Origin: Okamejei kenojei
Lineage: Eukaryota
Direction of reading: 5' to 3'
Assembly (NCBI GenBank): GCA_035221665.1
Contig: CM069160.1
Span: 3,844,001 to 3,908,000, forward strand
DNA length: 64,000 nucleotides
The notes under the pieces are model-generated. The model made no database searches and was not told the DNA's origin. It was given only the letters and a program-made list of their open reading frames with translations. The position numbers were made by a program, and so were the translations under genes. This document shows positions 24,668-37,960 of the stretch, one piece after another (position 1 is the stretch's first letter; every line of letters starts with the position of its first letter).

Positions 24668-24673
24668 TTTATA
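24668..24673 (-). promoter_or_regulatory. Candidate TATA box of the GPCR gene
   Basis: TATAAA on the minus strand about 80 nt upstream of the exon 1 ATG. Confidence 0.4.
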
Positions 24674-25907
24674 CATCACCCTTCTCCACTGGGACCACAA
24701 ATTACATCACAGTTCCACACACTCCAACTCACAAACATCTCCAGTTATTTCCATTTGAATGATCAGTCGGGTCCGCGCTCGGTCATTGATCCGAGTAACT
24801 GCAATAAATAGGATTACTCTGGGCAGTTCCGGACTCACTACTGCGCTGCACAGACCCAGAGCCGTGCACCGGAGTCCCGGGTTTATCAAACCCCCTTTTC
24901 ATACTTTACCCGCGTAAACACTCACTCTGTTCCACTGTGCCTGCCTCTGTTCATCACTTCCATTTGTATTATTTTAGTAAGCAGATCTTTTTTTCCGATC
25001 CTCTTGCTCAACATTCAAGGGGTGCTTGATTCAGGGTCAAGCGATGACTTCATAAGGTCATGTCATCAGTGATAGGAGCAGAATTAGACCATCCGGCCCA
25101 TCATGTCTATTCCGCCATTCAATCATGGGTTAGCTATTTCTCCATCCAAACCCCATTCTCCTGCCTTTTCCCCATAACCACTGACAAAAATATCCACTGA
25201 CTTGGCCTCCACAGCCTTCGGTGGCAATGAAATCCACAGATTCACCACCCTCTGACTAAATACATTTGTTTCATCTCCTTTCCACAGGAACATCCTTTAA
25301 TTCTGAGGCGATGACTTCCAGTCCTAGACTCTCCCACTGGTGGAAGTATCCCCACCTCATCCACTCTATCCAAGCCTTTCACCATTCGGTTCATTCCAAT
25401 GAGGTCCCCCCCCCCCCTTATTCTTCCAAACTCTAGCGAGTACAGGCCCAGTGCCATCAAACGCTCATCATAGGTTAACCCATTCATTCCTGTGATCATT
25501 CTTCTAACCCTCCTCTGGATTCTGTCCAGAGCCAGCGCATCATATATGGTGCCCTAAATTGCTCACAATTCTCCAAATGCGGCCTGACCAGTGCCTTATA
25601 AAGCCTCAGCATTACATCCCTGTTTTTTTGCATCCTCGCCCTCTTGAAATAAGTCTTGACTTCTTATTGACTTCCAAGGGCAGCGAGGGAACATAATTTT
25701 ATGCCGGCGACACAGTTGAACCAATGTGATTCCCTCTACCAGTAAAATACCAGCCAACAAAGGTGCAATTCAGTTGTTCAGAAGCCAACTAATGAAGGCG
25801 GTAATATTGTGATTAAAGACAGAGAACTAAATGATGGGGCAGGTTAAATGAAATATGTGTGACTGGTTATAATGGGGAAAAAATAGGAATAGGAGCAACC
25901 AAATAGG

Positions 25908-28518
25908 GTGGAACTGAGAAGTGGGAACGGTGTAGCAACACTTTTAGGGGTGTATTATAGACCGCCAAATGGGGAGCGAGAATTGGAAGAGCAAATATGT
26001 AAGGAGATAGCAGATATTAGTAGTAAACACAAGGTAGTGATTGTGGGAGATTTCAATTTTCCAAAAATAGACTGGGAAACACATTCTGTAAATGGGCTGG
26101 ATGGTTTGGAGTTTGTAAAATGTGTGCAGGATAGTTGTTTGCAGCAGTACATAGAGGTATCGACCAGAGAAGGGGCAGTGCTGGACCTCCTGTTAGGAAA
26201 TGAGGCAGGTCAGGTGACGGAGGTATGCGTTGTTGAGCACTTCGGGACCAGTGATCACAATACCATTAGTTTCAATATAATTATGGAGAGAGTCAGAACT
26301 GGACCCAGGGTGGAGATTTTTGATTGGAGAAAGGCTAACTTTGAGGGAATGCGTAAGGATTTAAAAGGAGTGAATTGGGACACTCTGTTTTATGGGAAGG
26401 ATGTAGAAGAGACATGGAGGACATTTAAAGGGGAAATTGTAAGAGTACAGAATCTTTATGTCCCTGTTAGGGTGAAAGGAAATAGTAAAAATTGGAAAGA
26501 GACATGGTTTTCAAGGGAAATTGGACACTTGTTTCGAAAAAAGAGAGATATCTACAATAATTATAGGAGGTATGGAGTAAATGAGGTGCTAGAGGAGTAT
26601 AAAGATGTAAAAAGAATCTTAAGAAAGTAAATTAGGAAGGCTAAAAGAAGATATGAGGTTGGTTTGGCAAGAAAGGTGAAAGTAAATCCAAAGGGTTTCT
26701 ACAGCTATATTAATAGCAAAAGGATAACGAGGGATAAAATTAGAATATTAGAGAGACAGAATGGACAGCTATCGGCAGAGCCAAAAGAGATGGGGGAGAT
26801 ATTGAACAATTTCTTTTCTTCGGTATTCACCAAGGAGAAGGATATTGAACTATGTGAAGTAAGGAAAAAAAAGTAGAGTAGCTATGGAAACTATGAGATT
26901 CAAAGAGGAGGAAGTACTGACACTTTTGAAAAATATAAAAGTGGATATATCTCCAGGTCCTGATAGGATATTCCCTAGGACATTGAGGAAAGTTAGAGTA
27001 GAAATAGCAGGAGCTATGACAGAAATATTTCAAATGTCATTAGAAACGGGAATAGTGCCGGAGGATTGGCGTACTGCGCATGTTGTTCCATTGTTTAAAA
27101 CGGGTTCAAAGAATAAACCTAGCAATTATAGGCCTGTTAGTTTGACGTCAGTGGTGGGTAAATTAATGGAAAGATACTTAGAGATAATATATATAAGCAT
27201 CTGGATAAACAGGGTCTGATCAGGAACAGCCAACATGGATTTGTGCCTGGAAGGTCATGTTTGACAAACATTCTTGAATTTTTTGAAGCGGTTACTAGGG
27301 AAATTGATGAGGGTAAAGCAGTGGATGTTGTCTATATGGATTTCAGTAAGGCCTTTGACAAGGTTCCCCATGGAAGTGTGGTTAAGAAGGTTCAATCATT
27401 GGGTGTTAATGGTGGAGTAGCAAGATGGATTCAACAGTGGCTGAATGGGAGATGTCAGAGAGTAATGGTGGATGGCTGTTTGTCAGTTTGGAAGCCGGTG
27501 ACCAGTGGGGTGCCTCAGGGATCTGTGTTGGGTCCACTGTTGTTTGTCATGTACATCAATGATCTGGATGATGGGGTGGAAAATTGGATAAGTAAGTATG
27601 CAGATACTAAGATAGGTGGTGTTGTGGATAATGAAGTAGATTTTCAAAGTCTACAGAGAGATTTGGGCCATATGGAAAAGTGGGCTGAAAGATGGCAGAT
27701 GGAGTTTAATGCTGATAAGTGTGAAGTGCTACATCTTGGCAGGACAAATCAAAATAGGACGTACATGGTAAATGGTAGGGAATTGAGGAATGTTGTGGAA
27801 CAGAGAGATCTAGGAATAACTGTGCATAGTTCCCTGAAGGTGGAATCGCATGTAGATGGGATGGTAAAGAAAGCCTTTGGTGTGCTGGCCTTTATAAATC
27901 AGAGCATTGAATATAGGAGCAGGGAAGTAATGTTAAAATTGTACAAGGCATTGGTGAGACCAATTCTGGAGTATGGTGTACAATTTTGGTCGCCTAATTA
28001 TAGGAAGGATGTCAACAAAATAGAGAGAGTACAGAGGAGATTTACTAGAATGTTGCGTGGGATCCAGCAACTATGTTACAGAGAAAGGTTGAACAAGTTA
28101 GGTCTTTATTCTTTGGAGCACTGAAGGTTAAGGGGGGACTTGATTGAGGTCTTTAAAATGATGAAAAGGATAGACAGAGTTGACATGGATAAGCTTTTCC
28201 CATTAAGGGTAGGGAAGATTCAAACAAGAGGGCATGACATGCGAATTAAGGGACGGAAGTTTAGGGGTAACGTGAGGGGGAACTTCTTTACTCAGAGGGT
28301 GGTGGCTGTGTGGAATGAGCTTCCAGCAGAAGTGGTGGAGGCAGGATCGATTTTAACATTCAAAAGTAAAGTGGATAGGTATATGGACGGGAAGGGAATG
28401 GAGGGGTATGGTCTGAGTGCAGGTAGATGGGACCAGGGGAAAACAAATGGTCGGCACGGACTGGAAGGGCCGAGAGGGCCTGTTTCCGTGCTGTAATTGT
28501 TATATGGTTATATGGTTA
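25908..28518 (+). mobile_element. CR1 LINE family A, ORF2 (APE endonuclease plus RT), 5'-truncated and frameshifted
   Basis: VYYRPP, VGDFN and SDH endonuclease motifs; NYRPVSLTS, DFSKAFDKVPH and GVPQGSVLGP RT motifs; (TATGGTTA)n tail. Confidence 0.97.
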
Positions 28519-28631
28519 AATGATATTCTCAAGATTCACCATAAAAACCATCCTCTTGGTGTGCATCAGAATTGGGTTTGAAAACTGTGTTGTCCAAGAC
28601 CAGAAGACATTGTAGAGAATTGAGGATTGAA

Positions 28632-28962
28632 CCCAGTCCATCACACAGACCAGCCCATCACACAGCCCAGCCCAGCCCAACACACAGACCAGCCCATCAC
28701 ACAGCCCAGCCCATCACACAGCCCAGCCCATCACACAGCCCAGCCCATCACACAGCCCAGCCCATCACACAGCCCAGCCCATCACACAGACCAGCCCATC
28801 ACACAGCCCAGCCCATCACACAGCCCAGCCCATCACACAGCCCAGCCCAGCCCAACACACAGACCAGCCCATCACACAGCCCAGCCCATCACACAGCCCG
28901 GTCCATCACACAGACCAGCCCATCACACAGCCCAGCCCATCACACAGACCAGCCCATCACAT
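28632..28962. repeat. 17-bp minisatellite (CAGCCCATCACACAGCC)n
   Basis: Direct repeats; the translation has a 17-aa period, equal to 3 units. Confidence 0.95.
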
Positions 28963-29608
28963 AATTGTGTAAAGTATGTACGGCCTGGTCAATTTGCGAA
29001 ACATTATCTCGATACATGAGATAATGGTAATCCAGTACTAATACCAAGACTGCTGATTATCAATAAAATATAACTGTTTCACCTCTGCACCATTTTTCGA
29101 TCCTTCACTCCACATGTCTTAATTTCTTAGGGTACATAACCTTTCAAATCTATTTTTTGAATAAACAAGGCCCGAACCTCCAGGGCCTTCCAGGGTAGAG
29201 AATTCTGAAGACTTTATTTCTTTATCCGTTGCACCTTACAAGGAGAAAGGATTGTTTTCTTATCTTAGTCGTAAATGCCCTGTCCAATTTTCTACCAATC
29301 TGTCTGACTGGGTCTAGACTACTCTGCCACAGGAAACATATACCCTACAAACAACCAAACGAGCACCTTCAAAAAGTTCCAAAGAGATCATGCCTTATTT
29401 TTTTTAATTGAAGAGAATGTAGTGGTCTACTCAACCACTCATCACTGACCTAACCCAACATTCATAGAATCTTATGAAGATACAATATATTTAATTCAAG
29501 ATGGCTAGACTACAAAACAGGGATGTAATGTTGAGGCTCTACAAGGCCTGGTCAAGCTGCATTTGGAATATTGTGAGCATTTTTGGGCACCATATCTGAG
29601 GAAGGATG

Positions 29609-32487
29609 GAGCATTCGTAATAAGGTGGATGAGTTGAATGTGCAGATAGCTATTAATAATTATGATATAGTTGGGATCACGGAGACATGGCTCCAGGGTG
29701 ACCAAGGCTGGGAGCTGAACATCCAGGGATATTCAATATTCAGGAAGGATAGACAGAGAGGAAAAGGAGGTGGGGTAGCATTGCTGGTTAGAGAGGAGAT
29801 TAACGCAATAGAAAGGAATGACATTAGCTTGGAGGATGTGGAATCGATATGGGTGGAGCTGCGAAACACTAAGGGGCAGAAAACGCTAGTGGGTGTTGTG
29901 TGCAGGCCACCTAACAGTAGTAGTGGAGTTGGGGATGGCATCAACCAGGAAATTAGAAATGCGTGCAACGAAGGTAAAACTGTTATAATGGGTGACTTCA
30001 ATCTACATATAGATTGGATGAATCAAATTGGCAGGGGTGCTGAGGAAGAGGATTTCTTGGAATGTATGCGGGATAATTTTCTAAACCAACATGTGGAGGA
30101 ACCAACGAGAGAGCAGGCGATTCTAGACTGGATATTGAGTAATGAGGAAGGGTTAGTTAGAAGCCTTGTTGTACGTGGGCCCTTGGGCAAGAGTGACCAT
30201 AATATGGTTGAGTTCTTCATTAGGATGGAGAGCGACATTGTTAATTCAGAAACACGGGTCCTGAACTTAAAGAAAGGTAACTTTGAGGGTATGAGACGTG
30301 AATTGGCCAAGATCGACTGGCAATTGATTCTTGAAGGGTTGACGGTGGATATGCCATGGAAGGCATTTAAAGACTGCATGCATGAACTACAACAATTGTT
30401 CATCCCAGTATGGCAAAAGAATAAATCAGGGAAGGTGGCGCATCCGTGGATAACGAGGAAATCAGGGATAGTATCAAAGAAAATGATGAAGCGTACAAAT
30501 TAGCCAGAAAAAGCAGCCTTCCAGAGGACTGGGAGAAATTCAGAGACCAACAGAGGAGGACAAAGGGCTTAATTAGGAAAGGGAAAATGGAGTATGAAAG
30601 AAAACTGGCAGGAAACATAAAAACTGACTGCAAAAGTTTGTATCGATATGTGAAGCGCCAAAGATTAGTTAAAACAAATGTAGGTCCCTTGCAGTCAGAA
30701 ACGGGTGAATTGATCATGGGGAACAAGGACATGGGAGACCAATTGAATAATTACTTTGGTTCTGTCTTCACTAAGGAAGACATAAATAATTTGCCGGAAA
30801 TAGCAGGGGATCGCGGGTCAAATGAGATGGAGGAAATGAGTGAAATCCAGGTTAGCCGGAAAGAGGTGTTGGGTAAATTGAATGGATTAAAGGCCGATAA
30901 ATCCCCAGGGCCAGATAGCTGCATCCCAGGGTACTTAAGGAAGTAGCCCCAGAAGTAGCAGTTGCCTTAGTGATAATTTTTCAAAACTCTTTAGATTCTG
31001 GTGTAGATCCTGAGGATTGGAGGGTAGCTAATGTAACCCCACTTTTTAAAAAAGGAGGGAGAGAGAAAACGGGGATTTACAGACCAGTTAGTCTAATATC
31101 AGTAGTGGGGAAACTGCTAGAGTCAATTATTAAAGTTGGGATAGCAGCGCATTTGGAAAGTGGTGAAATCATTGGACAAAGTCAGCATGGATTTACGAAG
31201 GGTAAATCATGTCTGACGAATCTTATTGAATTTTTTGAGGATGTAACTAGTAGAGTGGATGAGGGAGAAGCAGTGGATGTGTTGTATCTGGACTTTCAGA
31301 AGGCTTTCGACAAGGTCCCACACAAGAGATTGGTATACAAACTTAAAGCACACGGTATTGGTGGTTCAGTATTGATGTGGATAGAGAACTGGCTGGCAGA
31401 CAGGAAGCAAAGAGTAGGAGTGAACGGGTCCTTTTCAGGATGGCAGACAGTGACTAGTGGGGTGCCGCAAGGCTCAGTGCTGGGACCCCAGCTCTTTACA
31501 ATATACATTAATGATTTGGACGAGGGAATTAAATGCAACATCTCGATGTTTGCGGATGACACGAAGCTGGGGGGCTGTGTTAGCTGTGAGGAGGATGCTA
31601 GGAAGCTGCAGGATGACTTGCATAGACTGGGTGAATGGGCAAATGCATGGCAGATGCAGTATAATGTGGATAAATGTGAGGTTATCCACTTTGGTGGCAA
31701 AAACAGGAAGGTAGACTCTTATTTGAATGGTGACCGATTAGGAAAAGGGGAGATGCAGCGAGACCTGGGTGTCATGGTACACCAGTCATTGAAAGTAGGC
31801 ATGCAGGTGCAGCAGGCTGTGAAGAATGCGAATGGTATGTTGGCATTCATAGCAAAAGGATTTGAGTACAAGAGCAGGAAGGTTGTACTGCAGTTGTACA
31901 CGGTCTTGGTGAGGCCACACCTGGAGTATTGCGTACAGTTTTGGTCTACTAATCTGAGGAAAGACATTCTTGCCATAGAGGGAGTACAGAGAAGGTTCAC
32001 CAGACTGATTCCTGGGATGGCACGACTTCCATGTGAAGAAAGACTGGATAGACTTGGCTTGTACTCGCTGGAATTTAGAAGATTGAGGGGTGATCTCATA
32101 GAGACTTACAAAATTCTTAAGGGGTTGGACAGGCTAGATGCAGGAAGATTGTTCCCGATGTTGGGGAAGTCCAGGACAAGGGGTCACAGTTTAAGGATAA
32201 GGGGGAAGTATTTTAGGACCGAGATGAGAAAATCGTTTTTCACACAGAGAGTGGTGAATCTGTGGAATTCTCTGCCACAGAAGGTAGTTGAGGCTAGTTC
32301 GTTGGCCATATTTAAGAGGGAGTTGGATGTGGCCCTTGTGGCTGAAGGGATCAGGGGGTATGGAGAGAAGGCAGGTACAGGATACTGAGTTGGATGATCA
32401 GCCATGATCATATTGAATGTTGGTGCAAGCTCGAACGGCCGAATGGCCTGCTCCTGCACATAATTTCTATGTTTCTATGTTTCTATG
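29609..32487 (+). mobile_element. Young CR1 LINE family B, nearly complete ORF2, inserted in an older CR1
   Basis: GITETWL, MGDFN, SDH, RT with FADD, (TTTCTATG)3 tail. The flanks rejoin as the CR1 sequence CTGAGGAAGGATG|TGCTGGCTCTGG. Confidence 0.97.
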
Positions 32488-33216
32488 TGCTGGCTCTGGA
32501 GAGGGTCCAGAGGAGGTTTACAAGAGTGATCCCAGGAATGAATGGGTTAACATGTGATGAGCGTTTGATAGTAAGATTAAACGAGAACTTACCAAGTTTG
32601 AAGTTTGATCGTTATTCTATGAGGAGCAACGATGAGGAATTACGTGAAGAAGCCCCGCCTGGCGCATGATCGGCATACTTCAAAGCAGCGGCATGAAAAA
32701 CACAGAACCAATAGCCGGAGTAAGATAGTAAGGCTCAACATAGACAAGAACTACCAGATGATCATTTATTTTATGAGGGTTGGGAGTGGAGGGCACGTAA
32801 TCCCTCATTGTTACTCCTCATAAAATCACGATCAAACTTCAAACTTGGTAAGTTCTCGTTTAATCTTTCTATTTTACTTCGGAGTCACGTGAGTGACTAC
32901 GTGAAGATTTTGTAGCTCTGTGTTTTTTATGTCGTAGATTCATTCCATAGGACACTCTGGCTAAGTCAACACAGTAGTGAGTAAATAATATATCTTTTAA
33001 AACATTGCTTCAGTTATGTAATAAGTCTTTTAATTATAAAAGAACAAAAGTGATAACCCCTTTATACCAGGGGAAAGTTTACAATAAATTGATAAAGGTA
33101 TACAGTGATACCATAAATCGATAATATAAATCGATTGTAAACAAATCAATAAACAATAAAGTGTTAAAAGTATAAGTGATAACATAATCGATAATAAAAT
33201 CGATAGTAAAACAAAG

Positions 33217-34186
33217 CTAAGAATCACAGAGAACCCAATACTGCGTGTCCAAAGCCTGGTACCGGAGAACAGGTTTATCGTAGAACTTTGAAAAAGTTTC
33301 TTCTTTACACCACCCTGTGGCCTCTAAAATTTGATCGAGTGGCACGTCCTGTACCTTCGCCGCGGATGTAGCTGCTGCCCTGGTGGAGTGAGATTTAAAC
33401 ACATCAGTGTCTACTCCTGCTAAATCCAAAACCTGTTTTAACCATCTAGAAATGGTTTGTACTGATACTTTTGTATGTGGTTTTATGTGCATATCAATAA
33501 CGCTGTCTCACCATCCCGAAGACTCTTGGTTACTTCAATATATTGAGTCAACTACACATGGTGTTTTGATCAACAGGGTAAGTTTTAAACATTACCTTTG
33601 TTCCAGTTTTCCCTGCTATGCTTTGTTTGATTAGATCATAAACATAAAACACAATGTTATCTGAAGCCATATGCATGCAATCTAAACGCAACATTTGCAA
33701 TGTTTGTACTCTTTGTGCTGACACTAATGCCATTAACATAACGACTTTAAATGTTAACTTCTGTAAAGACATTGACGTGATTGGAGTCCATTGCCTAAGC
33801 AAAGTAAGCACAATGCTGACATCCCAAATTTCTTGATACCTTGGTCTGGGAGGATTTCTATTAAAAAGCCCTTTCATAAACCTGGATATTAATGGATGAG
33901 ACCCGATTGATTCACAGTCAGAAATGTGTCCTAAATAGGAGGATAAAGCACTACGAGCACTATTATTGGCACTATAGCTTAAGTGCTGATCAAAATGCAA
34001 CCCAGCAAGGAACTCCAATACATTTGATATGTTCACACTATGATAAGATATATTTGACTGTCTACAAAAGACTTCCCATTTCTTTATATGCGACATATAT
34101 TGTTTTTTAGTGCTATCTCGCCAAGCCAAAGCTATAACATCCATGGTCCTATCGGACAGTCCAAGCCCTTGCAGTGGTCTGGTCAA
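33217..34186 (-). pseudogene. DIRS tyrosine recombinase, frameshifted
   Basis: ARSALS, PPRPRY..IWDV, SAQRVQTL (catalytic R), HSTR, W..EETFSKFY. Confidence 0.9.
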
Positions 34187-36070
34187 AACCTGCAGATTAA
34201 CAAAATCATATGATCATGTAATGGATGAATTTCTTTTGTTACTGGTTGCACCAACAAATCACTGCAGCTAGGAATCGTCATAAATGGTTCCCTAATCATT
34301 TTAAGCATCAATGCGAACCATGCCTGTGTAGGCCAATTTGGAACCACCAATAAACCTGTGGCAGAATCTTGCTCTATTTTCACAAGACATTGCCTAACCA
34401 GGCAGAATGGGGAAAACGCATAAAAGAACATATTCCCCCAATGTAGTGAGAATGCATTTACTGCTACTGCTCCTGGATCGGGTTCCCAGGACACGTATTT
34501 TGGCAATTGGTGATTTAATCTAGACGCAAACAGATCTATGTCTGGTAATCCATACCGATTGACAATATTATTGAAAACTTGTGGATTTAACATCCATTCC
34601 GTATTGTCTTTAAATTTCCTTGATCTGTTGTCTGCCACAATGTTGTCTTTACCTGGGAGATAAATTGCTCAAAGCCAAATTTTATTATCATTACACCAAT
34701 GCCATATCTGATTAACCAGACAATCACATGATAATGATCCTACACCACCCATGTGATTAATATATGCAACAGTTGTGGTATTGTCTACTTGTAATTGGAC
34801 ATGCAAATCCGTCATAGTAGAACAATAAGCTTTGAATCCATAAAATGCCACCAACAACTACAAATAATTGATACCATATTTTTGGAGAAACAATTCCTCT
34901 TGGACAGTCCATCTGCCCCCACAGCTGGAGGAATTATCTGTCGCCCCCCCCCCCCCCCCCCAATCCGAGAGCACTTGCATCAGTTTGTAAAAACACTAAA
35001 GGCTGCTGTACTAAAATGTTTTTAGCAGCTTGTGGAACATTCTCAATCCACCACTGTAACTCTGATAAAGCCCCCTTTGGTAATTGCATGGGTCTATCAC
35101 AATGGCCTGCTCGCTTCTGTAATGCATGTGTTTTTGCTCTTTGGAGATTTTGGTAATGTCGTGGACTAAATTCCGCTGCAAGAAATGCTGCTACTAACTT
35201 ACCAATAACATTCGCTACTTCACGGATGGAGGGATAGGTTTGTGAATAAGGCAACAACATGCACTTGTAATATCAATAATTTTGTCCATTGGTAAAGTTA
35301 CTAACGTGGTAACTGAATTAATCACAAATCCTAAATATTCAATTGTTTGGGATGGCTGTAGTTTAGATTTTGTTGGATGGATCAGGAACCCTAACCTTGT
35401 AAACAGGCTTGTAGTTGCTTCAACTGATTTTTCAGCTGACTCCTGATTAGTACTGACAATTAAAATGTCATCCAGATAAGCCATAACAACGTGTTTTTGT
35501 GTCCTTAGCTGTGCAAGTGCTGGTTTCAACAACTTTATGAACAGCCTAGGAGCTGAGCTTAATCCATTAGGTAATACTTTATATTGCCACAGCTGTCCCA
35601 TCTAACTAAATTTTAAGTACCTTCGAAAACGACGATGAATTGGTACTGAATAATACGCATCCTTTAAATCTATAGTACCCATGTAACAACCTGGTGATAA
35701 CAACTGTCTTGCAGTGTTGAATGTATCCATCTTAAAATGTTTATACTGGACAAATGTATTAAAGTGTGTAAGGTCCAGAATGATTCTACAACCACCATCG
35801 TTTTTAGGTCTTGAAAATATATTTGATAAAAATTGCTGCGGATGCTTAACAGTTTTCTCAATAACTTTTTAAAACAATTTGTTTGCTTCCTCTTTAATTT
35901 CAGCTTCATCAAGTGCAGAGAACATCAAAACACGATTAGGTTTATTCTGTACCGGTGGATCAGTAACTTCTACAAATTTGATTGTAGCTCCTGATACAGT
36001 ATCTAATATATACCGGTCAGATGTAATACAGTCCTATTCATCATAAAACAATTGTAATCTACCACCAATT
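34183..36070 (-). pseudogene. DIRS RT / RNase H / DNA adenine methyltransferase-like region, disrupted
   Basis: LPNGLSSAPRLF, AYLDD, LQTDAS, VDNTTTVAYINHMGG, IDLFASRLN, YAFSPF, VPNWPTQAWF. Confidence 0.9.
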
Positions 36071-36092
36071 GGAGGTTCATCCAAAGATTCTT

Positions 36093-37267
36093 CTATGATA
36101 TAATAATGTTTTTGTACCTTCCAAACGTACGTGCTGGTCTCCTTCTCCCCACATATGGGGGAACATTAGGCTGTGCTGGATGGTAATTCTTCCTTACCAT
36201 ACTCCTGCCTCTGCTTGTTCCAGCTCCAAAATCAAATCCCCTTCTTATCGCACCGTACCTTCTTTGGCCAAAGATGAAGGATCTCATGAGGCTAATAGAT
36301 TTTGCCTCTTCATCCATCTCTTTGATTTGTTTGGGCAGATTTTCTCCGAACAAAAAACCAGGAGTTTGAACATTACTTGTTCTGCACAGCCCTGCAAATC
36401 TAGGGTGCAAAATGGGCCGAATCACAATTTTCCTCATACAATTGAGCTCAAAAATGAATTTCAGAATAAACCCAACATATCTTTTTGAATTTTGGTCATT
36501 GCAGAACCTTCCACTTGTTTCCCAAAAGCAGTGATCCCAGCTGAAATAAGTTTGAGGATTCTTTGAAAACGTATTTCCTGTGCCCGCATAACTGACGACA
36601 TTGGCGTCCAAATAGTCGGATTCACCGTAGGTACCCTTAGTGAGGCACAATTTATCGGTGTTTTATATAAATTTGCTGTTTCAACCATAACAGACTCTTG
36701 AAGCTGGTGAGATACCAAGTAATTAATGTTGGCAGCCAGGTTTTCTTCCATGGCCTCACCACTTCCTTCAGGTATAGCAAAGCTTCTTGCCACATCAGGC
36801 ACACTTGGTTTCATCTTTTTATATTGTGGTGGGTACTCATGACCAACATCACCACTTTCAGGATCTGTCTCTTGCAGCCCTGGTACTCCTGAGACTTCAT
36901 CAAAGGAGACTTCCTCCAACCCAATTTCTGGGTCTGGATTATCAAACTCCCAATTTGGCATAATGCCATATTCTTGAAATGCAAACCCCTCAGGGCCTGT
37001 AAGGGAATATTCTGGGTTCTTGGACCCTTGGTTGATAATAGTCTGGAGAACTTTCTCCATACGTTCCATTTTTAGCCACATGGCTTTTCTATCCGGAGAA
37101 CTTTCATTATCAGAGTCATCAGAAACCACGGGCCTCACGGATTTCCTTTTACTTTTCTTTGGCACAGGAATTTCCTCCGTGGCTTCTGTTAGTGGAGTAA
37201 TTGTAGGCTCACTAACGGGTATTTCCATGGCCACCAGTATCGGAAAGCGGCTCCGCACTAATCTCAT
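36093..37267 (-). pseudogene. DIRS ORF1 (gag-like), frameshifted
   Basis: ORF segments 36461-37267 and 36093-36650 (P.NC.SL.VP.VN..IW and LFGENL motifs) at the 5' end of the element. Confidence 0.7.
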
Positions 37268-37556
37268 GTCCCGGCTGTTTATCGTCTCCCCGGGACCCTC
37301 GTTTAACCCGCTGTGTTTTTTTGGGGATTTTTTTTCCCATTTTTATTTTAAACTCCTCCTGGCTCTGCACGCCAGCGTAATGGAGTTTGAAACACGCCCT
37401 GTAAGTAAATTAAATGTACTTACCTGCGGGCCTGTTCCTTACCGCTGGTGGAGCTGCGCTCTGCAGCTCTTTGCTTACCGACAGCGTCGACGTAATGCCG
37501 ATCATGCGCCAGGCGGGGCTTCTTCACGTAGTCACTCACGTGACTCTGAAGTAAAA

Positions 37557-37960
37557 TGGCACTGAGGTATAGAATGGGGGACCTCATTGAAACTTACCAA
37601 ATAGTGAAAGGGTTGGATTGTGTGGCTCTGGAGAGGACGTTTCCACTAGTGGGAGAGTCGTGGACTAGACGTCACAGCCTCAGAATTAAAGAACATTCCT
37701 TTAGGAAGGAAATTAGGAGGAATTTATTTATTTAGAGCGTGGTGAATCTGTGGAATTCTTTGCCACAGAATGCTGTGGAGGCCAAGAAAAATAATATTTT
37801 TAAGGCGGAGATAGATAGATTCTATAATAGTACGGGTGTCAGGGGTTATGGGGAGAAGGCAGGAAATGGGTTAGGAGAGAGAGAAACATCAAATATGATT
37901 TAACGGTGGAGTAGACCTGATGGGCTGAATGGTCTAATTCTCCTCATATCACTGATGACC
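37557..37960 (+). mobile_element. 3' remainder of the older CR1 that hosts the nested insertions (other parts at about 29500-29608 and 32488-32568)
   Basis: Continuous CR1 RT C-terminal and 3' UTR sequence once the inserts are removed. Confidence 0.85.

Larger units (their letters stand above)
32569..37556 (-). mobile_element. Full-length DIRS1-type tyrosine-recombinase retrotransposon with degenerate ORFs
   Basis: 36-bp ITR core at 32641-32676 and 37495-37530; ICR at about 32829-32907 complementary to both termini; gag-like ORF1, RT (YLDD), RNase H (TDAS, DNTT), methyltransferase-like domain and YR (HSTR); no TSD. Confidence 0.95.

Noticed and set aside
28572-29019. His/Pro/Gln-rich ORFs
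   Set aside because: Products of the 17-bp minisatellite.
37398-37427. Apparent GTAAGT...TTACAG mini-intron in the DIRS 5' region
   Set aside because: About 26 nt, too short for a spliceosomal intron; better explained as a small hairpin.
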